A model generated the notes under the pieces. That model was not told where the DNA came from, searched no databases, and saw only the letters and a program-made list of their open reading frames with translations. From contig CALFAV010000020.1 of assembly GCA_937946835.1 (NCBI GenBank), forward strand, positions 907 to 64,906: a stretch of DNA of 64,000 nucleotides, written 5' to 3'. Shown here one piece after another: positions 36,332 to 45,827 of this stretch. Position 1 is the stretch's first letter. Every line of letters starts with the position of its first letter. A program made the translations under genes and the position numbers. Source of the stretch: an uncultured Verrucomicrobiae bacterium. Its GTDB lineage: Bacteria; Verrucomicrobiota; Verrucomicrobiia; Limisphaerales; J093.

Positions 36332-37048
36332 TCAGCGCAGGCGCGCGTCGCGCCACCAGGCCACGTGGCCGTCCAGATACAGGCGGTGGCGCCCGCGCGG
36401 ATGCGGTGCCTGGCCGCGCCGCGTTTCCTCGACACCGGGCGCCGTGGCCGGGAAATAAACGTCGGTCACGAACTCGACCTCCGCCGGACCGTTCACCGGG
36501 CCGACCCGGGGATTGCCGGCCGCAGCCAGGTCGCTCACGGCCTGCCCGCGGGTTTTGCCCCAGAAATTGTCGGCGGGGATTGGCTCGTCCGGTCGGTCGA
36601 AGCGCCACATCCAGTAGCCGATGCGCGCGGCGTTGGTCGCGGTCGAGACGCTTTGCCAGGCCTGTTGCACCTCGGCCCAGGCGGTCCCGCGTGCGGCGGG
36701 GCAGCGCCAGGTATCTGCGACAGCCAACTCGTTGCTCAACACCACCGCCGCCCAGCCCGCCCGCGGATCGGAAGGCGGCCAGGACGTCCACGGTCGGTAG
36801 CCTCCGGGCAGGCCGGTTTTGAGGTCGCGGCGGTCCGGGAAGCGCTCCGCGTGTTCGCCCAGGTAGAGTTCCCAGGCCAGGGCCTGTTGGCGGAGGTTGG
36901 ATCGGCAGGCGGTGGCGGTGGCCTGCTGCTTGGCACGGCCCAGCGCGGGCAACAACAGCCCGGCCAGCAGGGCGATCACCGCCAGGACCACCAGCACCTC
37001 AACCAGCGTGAAGCCCCGGCTTGACGGCTGGGTGCGCGAATGTCTCAT
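36332..37048 (-). CDS. prepilin-type N-methylation protein with C-terminal H-X9-DG motif
   Basis: RGFTLVEVLVVLAVIALLAGLLLPAL...CRSNLRQ and HPRGRHRLYLDGH. Confidence 0.88.
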   Translation of the reverse strand: MRHSRTQPSSRGFTLVEVLVVLAVIALLAGLLLPALGRAKQQATATACRSNLRQQALAWELYLGEHAERFPDRRDLKTGLPGGYRPWTSWPPSDPRAGWAAVVLSNELAVADTWRCPAARGTAWAEVQQAWQSVSTATNAARIGYWMWRFDRPDEPIPADNFWGKTRGQAVSDLAAAGNPRVGPVNGPAEVEFVTDVYFPATAPGVEETRRGQAPHPRGRHRLYLDGHVAWWRDARLR

Positions 37049-37058
37049 TCGAGCCGTG

Positions 37059-37277
37059 ATGAACCTGGAAGAAATCCGCAGGCGCCTGCAAGGTGGTTTC
37101 AAGCCGTTCACCTTGCACCTCTCCGACGGGCGCAAGTACGACGTGCCGCATCCCGAATTCATCATGGTGACCCGCCGCAGCGTGGCGGTGGCGGACCCGC
37201 ACGGGTTCATTGACGTCCTGGACCCGCTTCACATCGTGTCGGTCAAGGACCTCGTCCCGCGAAAGGCGCGTCGTTGA
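37059..37277 (+). CDS. small hypothetical protein (72 aa), possible Sm/Hfq-like fold
   Basis: MNLEEIRRRLQGGFKPFTLHLSDGRKYDVPHPEF...LDPLHIVSV, host-like codon usage. Confidence 0.7.
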   Translation: MNLEEIRRRLQGGFKPFTLHLSDGRKYDVPHPEFIMVTRRSVAVADPHGFIDVLDPLHIVSVKDLVPRKARR

Positions 37278-39479
37278 TCAGCGCGGCAGCGCAAAGGCCA
37301 CATAGGCATCCCCCGATTTGGTCCCCATTTTGCCCCCGCCGCAGGCGATCACCACAAACTGCCGCCCGCCGACCTCGTACGTGGCGGGCGTCGCGTAACC
37401 GCCGGCCGGCAGCCTGGTTTGCCAGAGCAACCGACCGGTGCGCTTGTCAAAGGCCCGGAACATTTCGTCCTTGGTCGCCCCGATGAAAATCAACCCGCCG
37501 GCCGTGACCACCGGCCCGCCATAGTTTTCCGCGCCGGTGGGGGGCAGGCCGCGGGCGGTCAGCTCGGGGAACTCCCCCAGGGGCACGCGCCAGCGGTATT
37601 CGCCGGTGTTGAGATCAATCGCGTTGAGGGTGCCCCAGGGCGGTTTGACCGCCGGGTAACCATCCGGGTCGAACCAGCGGTTGTACCCGGTGATGGTGTA
37701 GGGGATCATGCCCAGGGCATCGCCGGTGTCCTCCCCGGCCGGAGCGGCGGCCTCGTTGCGCGGGTCGGCCGGGGCGTCCGGGTTCAACAGGTAATCGGTC
37801 ACGGCGGCCTTTTGGCGGGGCGAAAGGAAGGCGAAGGAGGGCATCACACCCTTGCCGGTTTCGAGCAGCGTGGTGATGTCCCCGGGCTTGAGTTTCTGGC
37901 CGATGCCCACCAGCGTGGGTACGTTCTGAGCCGCATTGCCCGCGCGGTCCAGGCCGTGGCAGGCCGCGCAAATCTGGGTGTAGAGCGCCCGGCCGCTGGC
38001 CGCCACGCCCGGCGCTTCCTGGCCGGTCTCGACCATGTTCAGCACCCAGGCCATTTCGTTGGCGTTGACATACAACACGCCGTCCGGGTCCACCGCCGCG
38101 CCGCCCCATTCGGCCCCGCCGTCGAAGCCCGGAAAGATGATGGTGCCCTCGCGGCTGGGCGGCAGGAAGGGCACGTGGGGGCGCAGCTTCACAAACCGGT
38201 CCAGCACCGCGCGGTGGGCCTCGGGCGTGCGGTCGGTGATTTCGGCGTGGGTGAAAAGCTGTCGGGCGAACGGCGCCGGCTTGGACGGCACGGGCTGGGT
38301 GGGCCAGGCGGCCTCGCCCTGCAGATCGCTGGGGGGGACCGGCCGCTCCTCGATGGGGAAGAGCGGCGCGCCGGTCACGCGCTCAAAGACAAACACGTGG
38401 CCGGACTTGGTCACCTGGGCCACGGCGTCCACCCGCCGGCCGTTCCGGCGGAGCGTCACCAGATTGGGTGGCGCGGGCAGGTCGCGGTCCCAGAGGTCGT
38501 GATGAACGAACTGGAAATGCCAGAGCCGGCGGCCGGTGCGGGCGTCCAGGGCCAGCAGACAGTTGGCAAAGAGGTTTTGGCCATGCCGGTTGCCGCCCCA
38601 GAAGTCGAAGGCGGCGGACCCGGTGGGCACATATACGATGCCCCGGGCGCGGTCCACGGCCATGCCGGCCCAGCAGTTGGCGCCGCCGATGTATTTCCAG
38701 GCGTCCGGCGGCCAGGTTTCGTATCCCGGCTCACCCGGGTGCGGGATGGTGTTGAAGCGCCACACCAGCGCACCGGTGCGGAGGTCATAGGCGCGGATGT
38801 GCCCCGGCGCGGCAGGCGCCGGGCCTTCGCCCACGCGCATGGGCAGGAACAACAGGTTTTCCCACACCGCCCCGGGCGTGTTGGCCAACACGGAAAGTCG
38901 GCTGACATCGCGGCCCAGGCCTTCCTTGATGTCCACCCGGCCGCCGTGCCCGAAGGACTCGATGAGCCGGCCGGTGCGGGCGTCCAGCGCGTAAAGATAG
39001 TGGTCCGCGGTGAAAAGCACCCGCCGGTCTTCCCCCTCCCGCCAGAAGACGACGCCGCGGTTGACGCCCAGGGCGTTGTTGGCCCCGCCCGCGGCGAAGG
39101 GGTCGAAGCGCCAGAGCTCGCGCCCGGTGGCGGCGTCCAGCGCGAAGAGTTTCAAGCCGGGGGAGGTGCCGTAGAGCACGCCATCCACGATCAACGGATT
39201 GCATTGGATTTGGGACAGGTTGTTGGTCCGCGCGTCGCCGCAGCGGTAAATCCAGGCCACCTGCAGGCGGTGAACGTTGCGCGTGTGAATCTGGCGCAGG
39301 GTCGAGTACTGCGAACTGGCGGCGTCGCCCAGATAGGTGTCCCAGTTGCGCCCCGCGCCAGCCAGCAGCGGCAGCGCCCCGCACAGCGCCCCCAGAAGTG
39401 TCAGTGCGCCGCCTCGGCTCCGGCCGGGTCGGGAGCTGAGACGATCGGTTCGTGGGCAGAAGTTCGATTGGTTTGACAC
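37278..39479 (-). CDS. PQQ-dependent (glucose/sugar) dehydrogenase with cytochrome c domain
   Basis: PQQ propeller repeats (LDAATGRELW), HHDLWDRDLP, GGAEWGG, heme motif CAACH. Start approximate. Confidence 0.88.
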   Translation of the reverse strand: MSNQSNFCPRTDRLSSRPGRSRGGALTLLGALCGALPLLAGAGRNWDTYLGDAASSQYSTLRQIHTRNVHRLQVAWIYRCGDARTNNLSQIQCNPLIVDGVLYGTSPGLKLFALDAATGRELWRFDPFAAGGANNALGVNRGVVFWREGEDRRVLFTADHYLYALDARTGRLIESFGHGGRVDIKEGLGRDVSRLSVLANTPGAVWENLLFLPMRVGEGPAPAAPGHIRAYDLRTGALVWRFNTIPHPGEPGYETWPPDAWKYIGGANCWAGMAVDRARGIVYVPTGSAAFDFWGGNRHGQNLFANCLLALDARTGRRLWHFQFVHHDLWDRDLPAPPNLVTLRRNGRRVDAVAQVTKSGHVFVFERVTGAPLFPIEERPVPPSDLQGEAAWPTQPVPSKPAPFARQLFTHAEITDRTPEAHRAVLDRFVKLRPHVPFLPPSREGTIIFPGFDGGAEWGGAAVDPDGVLYVNANEMAWVLNMVETGQEAPGVAASGRALYTQICAACHGLDRAGNAAQNVPTLVGIGQKLKPGDITTLLETGKGVMPSFAFLSPRQKAAVTDYLLNPDAPADPRNEAAAPAGEDTGDALGMIPYTITGYNRWFDPDGYPAVKPPWGTLNAIDLNTGEYRWRVPLGEFPELTARGLPPTGAENYGGPVVTAGGLIFIGATKDEMFRAFDKRTGRLLWQTRLPAGGYATPATYEVGGRQFVVIACGGGKMGTKSGDAYVAFALPR

Positions 39480-39556
39480 GCGGCGGAGTGTAGCGGCGCG
39501 CCGCCGGAGCGCGAGTCCGCTGGCGGACGGAGGGTTCCCCCCGGGGGGCACGGCTT

Positions 39557-40177
39557 TCAGCCGGCGAAGCGACCGGGAGAAAACGCGCCGCGCGGGGGGC
39601 GTGATTGGGAACTGATCCAGACCAGCGTGCCGACGGGGACGTGGTCAAAGAGGGGCATCAGGTCCGCGGCGGCCAGGTGCAGGCAGCCCCGGGAGGCGGG
39701 CCGGCCGAGCGTGGGTTCGTCATCCAGGCCGTGGATGTAGATGTAGCGGCGGAACGTGTCCACCCGTCCGCCGAGGTTGTGGCCGGGTTCCAACCCGCGC
39801 AGCCACAGGATGCGATGCGCAATGGGCGCGGGGCGCGTGCCGGTCCAGGTGAAGCCCACGGGTTGTCGCGCCCGAAAGACCGTGCCCACCGGCCAGCCGG
39901 CGCCGATTTTGACGGTCACCTCGTGCAATCCCAAGGGCGTGCGGTTCGATCCCAGGATTTGGCCCACCCCGCGGCGGGCGCTGGACATGCGGAAGCAAGC
40001 CTGCAGCCGATAGGCGTCACACCGGGCCGCTTCGGCCACCCACCACTCGAGGCATTGGCTGCCCACCCAGGCCAGGAGCAGGTGCCGGGTCAACCGCACC
40101 CCGTGCCGTCGGCAGCGCAGCCGCAGTTCCCGCGGCAGGGCCGGCCACTCCAGGTGCGGGCGGACGGACAGGCTCAC
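39557..40177 (-). CDS. L,D-transpeptidase (YkuD) family protein
   Basis: TPLG and IYIHG...PASRGC catalytic motif, start overlaps the argA stop. Confidence 0.8.
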   Translation of the reverse strand: MSLSVRPHLEWPALPRELRLRCRRHGVRLTRHLLLAWVGSQCLEWWVAEAARCDAYRLQACFRMSSARRGVGQILGSNRTPLGLHEVTVKIGAGWPVGTVFRARQPVGFTWTGTRPAPIAHRILWLRGLEPGHNLGGRVDTFRRYIYIHGLDDEPTLGRPASRGCLHLAAADLMPLFDHVPVGTLVWISSQSRPPRGAFSPGRFAG

Positions 40178-41454
40178 TGAAGTTTCTTGACCAGGATTTT
40201 CGAGCGGCGCCCGGTCTGTTCGTACTTTTCGCGCCGGGCCGGGGGGAGGTCCTCGGGGGTGCCCGCGACGAACCCGCCCTTGGACTGGAAGTAGGTGAAG
40301 GCCTGGGTGGAGAGGGCCAGCAACTCCTTCAAGCCCAGCTCGCGGGCCTTGTTTTCGGCAAACTGGAGCAGTTTCCGGCCGATGCCCTGGTTTTCGTGCG
40401 AGGGTTTGACAAACAGGCAGGCCACCTCGCCCTTGCCCGCCTCGGGGTAGGCGTGCAGGGCCACACAGCCCACGGGGTTCTTGTCTATTTCGTACAGGAA
40501 GTAGTCGCCCAGATGCTTCTCGATGCTGGCGCGGCTGCGGCGGACCAGTTCCTCGGTTTCCACCGAGGGCTGGATGAGTTTGAGCAGGTTGGGAATGTCC
40601 TTTTTGAGGGCGCGGCGGATTTGCCGGTATTCGTTGGCGTACACCAGCGTGCCCACGCCCTCGTTGGAGAACAGCTCGGCCAGGAGGGCTTCGTCCAGTC
40701 GGCCGTTGATGATGTGGACGCGCGGGATGCCGGCCTTGCAGGCGGCGGCGGCGTGGAGGGCCTTGGACAGGCACTCGGGCGCGAAGTCCTGGCGGTGCGT
40801 GGCCAGGGCTTCTTCCAGGTCACTGGCCAGGATTTGCCGCAGCAGACGGCCCTGATAAATCAACCCGTCGGCCGGGGTCACGAAGAGGATTTTGACCGCC
40901 TGCAGGGCCGTGGCCAGGGCCACGGCCACGGCGTCGGAGTTGACCCGGTAGGTGCGGCCCTCGCCGTCGAAGCCCAGGGGAGGCACCACCGGGATGATGT
41001 CGTCCTGGAGCAACGCCTGGAGCAGTCCCACGTCCACCCGCTCGACCTTGCCGGTGAAGAGATGGTCCACGCCCTGCAGGATGCCCAGCGGATGGGCCAC
41101 GAGGGCGTTGGGGCAGGCGGCCCGCAGGTCCTGGGTGGCCAGGCCCTCGAGGATTTCGTGGGTGAGCCGGTTGGCGGCCTCGAGGGCCAGTTGCAACGTG
41201 GCGGCGTCGGTGACACCGCTGCCGTCCAGGTTGGAGGGACTGATCCCCTGGCGTTCGGCCAGGCGCTGAATCTGGGCGGCCGCGCCGTGGACCAGCACCA
41301 CGCGGATGCTCAGCGAGCGCAACACCGCCACGTCCATGAGGATGTTGGCGAAGTTCTCGTCGGTGACGATCGCGCCGTCCACGCTGATGACGAACGTCCG
41401 TTCGCGGAAGCGCGGGATGTATTGCAGGATGCCCCGCAGATCGGTGGGTTTCAC
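40174..41454 (-). CDS. argA: amino-acid N-acetyltransferase
   Basis: AAK-like domain (VLVHGA, ELFSNEGVGT) plus GNAT domain (EVACLFV, QGIG, RRSK). Confidence 0.92.
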   Translation of the reverse strand: MKPTDLRGILQYIPRFRERTFVISVDGAIVTDENFANILMDVAVLRSLSIRVVLVHGAAAQIQRLAERQGISPSNLDGSGVTDAATLQLALEAANRLTHEILEGLATQDLRAACPNALVAHPLGILQGVDHLFTGKVERVDVGLLQALLQDDIIPVVPPLGFDGEGRTYRVNSDAVAVALATALQAVKILFVTPADGLIYQGRLLRQILASDLEEALATHRQDFAPECLSKALHAAAACKAGIPRVHIINGRLDEALLAELFSNEGVGTLVYANEYRQIRRALKKDIPNLLKLIQPSVETEELVRRSRASIEKHLGDYFLYEIDKNPVGCVALHAYPEAGKGEVACLFVKPSHENQGIGRKLLQFAENKARELGLKELLALSTQAFTYFQSKGGFVAGTPEDLPPARREKYEQTGRRSKILVKKLQ

Positions 41455-41562
41455 TTCAGGAACAAACCGTCTGGCTACCCGGCATTGAGCCGAAATCCCG
41501 GCCCGGGCTGCAACGCTTTTCTGGACCGGATCGAGGGTGCCACCAGTCGGCCGGTGGCCCGG

Positions 41563-41856
41563 TCAGGCCGTCCCGCGCGACGCCAACCGGTCACATCGGC
41601 GGGCCAGATCAAAATCCCGGTCGGTCAGGCCGCCCGCGTCGTGGGTGGTCAGGGTGAGGGTGACCCGGTTCCACCGGATTTCGATGTCCGGGTGGTGTCC
41701 TGCTTTTTCGGCGGCCCGGGCCACGGCGTTGACGAACTTCATGGCGGTGGCGAAGTCCGGGAATTCAAACGTGCGGCGGAGGGCCTGGCGAACCCGGGTC
41801 CAGTGGGGCACCGTGGCCAGGCGGGTTTTGATTTCTGCGGGGGTCAGTGGGTTCAT
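41563..41856 (-). CDS. pterin-4-alpha-carbinolamine dehydratase
   Basis: AEKAGHHPDI, TTHDAGGLT. Confidence 0.9.
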   Translation of the reverse strand: MNPLTPAEIKTRLATVPHWTRVRQALRRTFEFPDFATAMKFVNAVARAAEKAGHHPDIEIRWNRVTLTLTTHDAGGLTDRDFDLARRCDRLASRGTA

Positions 41857-41908
41857 GGTATCGGGCCGCCGGGCGGGGCGGTCATTCCCGCAACCAGAGT
41901 GTCGTGGT

Positions 41909-42964
41909 TTAGTGGGAGGTCAACTCCTCGAGCTTGCGCGCGACCGCGCCGGTGTCGAGCAGGTTCTCGGCCGCGACCCAGCCGTCGTACCAGGAGGCGG
42001 CGTGGCCGGCCACGAGGAGCGCGCCGGCGGCGTTCAGCAGCAGGGCGTCGCGCTTGGGACCGCGCTCGGTGCCGGAAAAGACGGCGCGCAGGCAGGCGGC
42101 ATTGGCCGCGGCATCACCGCCGCGGAGGTCTTCCACGCGCGCGGCCTGGAGGGGGAAATCTTTGGGGTTGAGCCGGCTGACCTGGACCGCGCCTCCAGGG
42201 AGGTAGCCGGCCAGGGTCGTTTCGCCCAGGCTGGAGATTTCGTCCAGGTACACCGGCGCGCCGTCCTCGCGCCGCCCGGCCTCGCCGCACACCACCAGAC
42301 CACGCCGGACACCGAGCTGTTGCAACACGCGGGCGAACGGCTCGCACCAGTGCGGCTCGGGCACGCCCAGGAGCTGGTAGTCCGGCCGGGCGGGGTTGAG
42401 CAGCGGGCCCAGGAGGTTGAAGAGCGTGCGCCGGCCGCGTTGGGCGCACAGTTGCCGGGCCGGAGCCACCGCCCGGAAGGCCGGGTGGTACCGCGGCGCC
42501 AGCAGAAAGACAAAGCCGTGCTGCTGGAGGGCTTGGGCGGCTTTGACGGGAGCCAGTTCGGTGGGTACGCCCAGGGCGGCCAGCACATCCGCGCTGCCGG
42601 CCCGGGAGGTGACGGCCCGGTTGCCGTGCTTGGCCACCGGCACCCCGGCGGCGGCGGCGATCAGGGCGGCGCCGGTGGACAGATTGATGGTGCCCAGGCG
42701 ATCACCACCGGTGCCCACCACGTCCAGCACCCCGCGTTCGCGGACCGCGGCCGGTACCTCCAACGGGATGGCCCGGTCGCGCAGCCCGGCGGCAAACCCG
42801 AGAATCTCCTCGGGGGTCTCGCCCTTGGTGGCCAGGGCGGTGAGGAATTCGGCCTTGGGTTCCGCCGGCATCGCTTCGTCCGTGAGGGCTTCCAGAGCGG
42901 CGGCTATTTCGGCCGGTGCCAGGGCGGTACCGTGGCGAAGTTGTTCCGTCAACCGTTCCAGCAT
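41909..42964 (-). CDS. trpD: anthranilate phosphoribosyltransferase
   Basis: DVVGTGGD, KHGNRAVTSRAGSADVL, FNLLGPLLNP, DE. Confidence 0.95.
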   Translation of the reverse strand: MLERLTEQLRHGTALAPAEIAAALEALTDEAMPAEPKAEFLTALATKGETPEEILGFAAGLRDRAIPLEVPAAVRERGVLDVVGTGGDRLGTINLSTGAALIAAAAGVPVAKHGNRAVTSRAGSADVLAALGVPTELAPVKAAQALQQHGFVFLLAPRYHPAFRAVAPARQLCAQRGRRTLFNLLGPLLNPARPDYQLLGVPEPHWCEPFARVLQQLGVRRGLVVCGEAGRREDGAPVYLDEISSLGETTLAGYLPGGAVQVSRLNPKDFPLQAARVEDLRGGDAAANAACLRAVFSGTERGPKRDALLLNAAGALLVAGHAASWYDGWVAAENLLDTGAVARKLEELTSH

Positions 42965-43157
42965 GACTCGGGGAAGTTGACCGGGGTTGCGTCGGGGGAC
43001 AAGTCCAACCGCAGTGGGACGGTCCGGGAAAAGGCCGGAACGCGCGCGCCGTACCCGGGTTGTGGCCCCGGGCCGTCCCGGGGAACCGGGCCCCCCCTTT
43101 GCGGACTTTCGGCTTGCGAAGGGGCCGTGAGATTTGCTAACGCTTTTGCATTCTTTT

Positions 43158-43913
43158 ATGGCTGCAATCGGCCGTTTTCAAAAAGGTGACGACATCTTCT
43201 ACGCCAAGGTCGTGGACGGGGAGTTGTACCGTCTGATCGGCGACGTGTTCGGATCACCCTCGTTTGAGAAAAAACCGACCTCGCTGAAGGGGGTCAAGAC
43301 CCTGGTGCCGGTGACCCCGTCGAAGCTGATTGCGGTGGGGCTCAATTACGCCGATCACGCGCGCGAATCCGGCAAGCCCCTGCCCAAGGAACCGCTGTTC
43401 TGGCTGAAGGCGCCCACCTCGTTGCTGCCCGACGGCGGCAAGATCGAGATCCCGTTCCCGGATCACCGGGTGGATTTCGAGGCCGAGCTGGCGATCATCA
43501 TCGGCCGTCGGGTGCGCAACGTCACCCCCGCCGCGGCCGCCCGGTACATTTTCGGCTACACGGCGGCCCAGGACATCAGCGACCGCACCATCCAGCAGGC
43601 CGAGAGCCAGTGGGCACGGTGCAAATCCTTTGACACCTTCACGCCGCTGGGCCCGTACGTGGAGACCAAGATTGACCCCCATGAGCTGTCCATCCAGCTC
43701 TTCCAAAACGGGCAGCTCCGCCAGAACTCGAACACCAGCCAGATGATCTTCAACTGCTTTCAGTTGGTCAGCTTCATTTCCACCAACATGACCCTCCTGC
43801 CCGGGGACGTGATCCTGACCGGCACGCCCAGCGGGGTGGGGCCCATCGCGTCCGGCGACCGGCTGGAGGTCCGCATTCAGGGCCTGGCGCCGTTGGTCAA
43901 CACCGTCAAGTAA
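43158..43913 (+). CDS. fumarylacetoacetate hydrolase family protein
   Basis: VGLNYADH, DFEAEL, KSFDTF, GDVILTGTPSGVG. Confidence 0.92.
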   Translation: MAAIGRFQKGDDIFYAKVVDGELYRLIGDVFGSPSFEKKPTSLKGVKTLVPVTPSKLIAVGLNYADHARESGKPLPKEPLFWLKAPTSLLPDGGKIEIPFPDHRVDFEAELAIIIGRRVRNVTPAAAARYIFGYTAAQDISDRTIQQAESQWARCKSFDTFTPLGPYVETKIDPHELSIQLFQNGQLRQNSNTSQMIFNCFQLVSFISTNMTLLPGDVILTGTPSGVGPIASGDRLEVRIQGLAPLVNTVK

Positions 43914-43982
43914 CGCCCGCCGCGGCCCGCGAAATTTCCCCCGGCCGGTGGGGGCGTTTACCCGCCACCCGCCTCCTGAAAA

Positions 43983-45740
43983 ATGCGCTGGACTCAGACC
44001 TTCATCCCCACCCTCAAGGAAACGCCCGCGGAGGCGGAAATCGCCTCGCACCAACTGCTGCTGCGCGCCGGTCTGGTGCGCAAAGTAAGCGGCGGGCTTT
44101 ACACCTTCCTGCCCCTGGGCGTGCGCGTGCTCCGCAAGATCGAACGCATCGTGCGCGAGGAGATGGACCGGGCCGGCGCGCTGGAGGTGTCCATGCCCTG
44201 CCTCCAGCCGCCGGAGTTGTGGCAGCAAAGCGGCCGCTACACCACCGCCGCCGAGGTGCTCTACCACGTGTTTGACCGGGCCAAAAAGGAATGGGTGCTC
44301 AGCCCCACCGCCGAGGAGGTCATCACCCACCTGGCCGCCGGCGAACTGGGGTCCTACCGGCAGCTCCCGAAAAACTTCTACCAGATCGGCATCAAGTTCC
44401 GGGACGAAATCCGCCCCCGCTTCGGCCTGATGCGCGCCAGGGAGTTCCTCATGAAGGACGCCTACAGCTTCGACGTGAGCGACGCGGCGGCCCAGGTCAG
44501 TTACGAGAAGATGTACCGCGCCTACGCCCGCATCTTCGCCCGTTGCGGGCTGCGCACCTTCCCGGTCGAGGCGGACACCGGGGTCATCGGCGGCAGCCTT
44601 TCCCACGAATTCATGGTCCCGGCCGAGACGGGCGAGAACGAGGTGGTGTACTGCGAAACCGGCACCTACGCGGCCAATATCGAAAAGGCCACCAGCCGCG
44701 GCCCCCGGCTGCCCACGCCGCAACAAAGCACCGGGCCGGCGCCGGAGAAGTTTTCCACCCCGGGCGTGGTTACCATCGAGGCCCTGGCCGCCGCGCCGTA
44801 CTCGGTGCCCGCCCATCACCAGATCAAAACCCTGGTGTACCTGCTGGACTCGCAGCCGACGCTGGTGCTCTTGCGCGGCGATGACCAATTGAACGAGGCC
44901 AAGCTGCTGGCCCGCACCGGCGCCGCCCGCGCCCGCCCCGCCACCCCGGAGGAATGCAAGGCCACGCTCGGCGCGCATCCCGGCTCCCTGGGGGCCGTCC
45001 GAGCCACGCTGCGCCGGCCCGTGCGCGTGCTGGCCGATCTGGCGCTGCGGGGTGCCGCCGGCATGGCCACCGGCGCCAACGAGGACGGCTTTCACCTGCG
45101 CCACGTGGACCTGGCGCGCGACGTGGTGGTGGACCAATGGGCCGACCTGCGCACGGTACAGGCCGGCGAACTCGATGTGGCCACGGGGCAGCCGCTCAAA
45201 ATCCGCCGGGCCATCGAGGTGGGCCACGTCTTCAAGCTCGGCACCAAATACAGCGAAAAGCTCAACGCCTGCTTCCTGGACGAGACCGGTCAGCGGCAAC
45301 CGGCCGTCATGGGCTGTTACGGCATCGGCATCACCCGCACCCTGCAGGCCATCATCGAGCAGCAACACGATCGGGACGGCATCCTCTGGCCCTTGACCAC
45401 CGCCCCGTATGCGGTTTGCCTCACGCCATTGAACGTGGCGCCGGACAGCGCCCCGATGCGGCTGGCCGAGCAATTGTATGCCGAATTGACCGCCCGCGGC
45501 GTGGAGGTGCTCCTGGACGACCGGGACGAACGGCCGGGCGTGAAGTTCAAGGACGCCGATCTGGTGGGATTCCCCCTCCGGGTGAATCTGGGCGAAAAGG
45601 CCCTGGCCCGGGGCGAAATCGAATTGAAACCGCGGGGGGGCACCCTGACCCCGGTGAAGATCGAGGCGGCCCGGGAGGCCATTCTCGAGTGGCTGAGGGC
45701 GGAATCCGCCCGCCTGGAGGCCACCGTACCCCCGGCCTGA
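43983..45740 (+). CDS. proS: proline--tRNA ligase (with INS editing domain)
   Basis: PTAEE, KFRDEIRPRFGLMRAREFLMKDAYSF, EVGHVF, MGCYGIG. Confidence 0.98.
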   Translation: MRWTQTFIPTLKETPAEAEIASHQLLLRAGLVRKVSGGLYTFLPLGVRVLRKIERIVREEMDRAGALEVSMPCLQPPELWQQSGRYTTAAEVLYHVFDRAKKEWVLSPTAEEVITHLAAGELGSYRQLPKNFYQIGIKFRDEIRPRFGLMRAREFLMKDAYSFDVSDAAAQVSYEKMYRAYARIFARCGLRTFPVEADTGVIGGSLSHEFMVPAETGENEVVYCETGTYAANIEKATSRGPRLPTPQQSTGPAPEKFSTPGVVTIEALAAAPYSVPAHHQIKTLVYLLDSQPTLVLLRGDDQLNEAKLLARTGAARARPATPEECKATLGAHPGSLGAVRATLRRPVRVLADLALRGAAGMATGANEDGFHLRHVDLARDVVVDQWADLRTVQAGELDVATGQPLKIRRAIEVGHVFKLGTKYSEKLNACFLDETGQRQPAVMGCYGIGITRTLQAIIEQQHDRDGILWPLTTAPYAVCLTPLNVAPDSAPMRLAEQLYAELTARGVEVLLDDRDERPGVKFKDADLVGFPLRVNLGEKALARGEIELKPRGGTLTPVKIEAAREAILEWLRAESARLEATVPPA

Positions 45741-45827
45741 CCCCGCGCACGGCCGGGATTGTCGAGGCTTTGGGGCTGGCGCAACATATCCCGCCGGCCA
45801 CCGACTCCACGCCCGGTCCGGCCCGCG

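Noticed and set aside
30497-37048. PEP-CTERM and H-X9-DG prepilin-like genes as a novel secretion system
   Set aside because: Both are known, abundant, dispersed families in this lineage, and no exosortase or secretion machinery is in the window.
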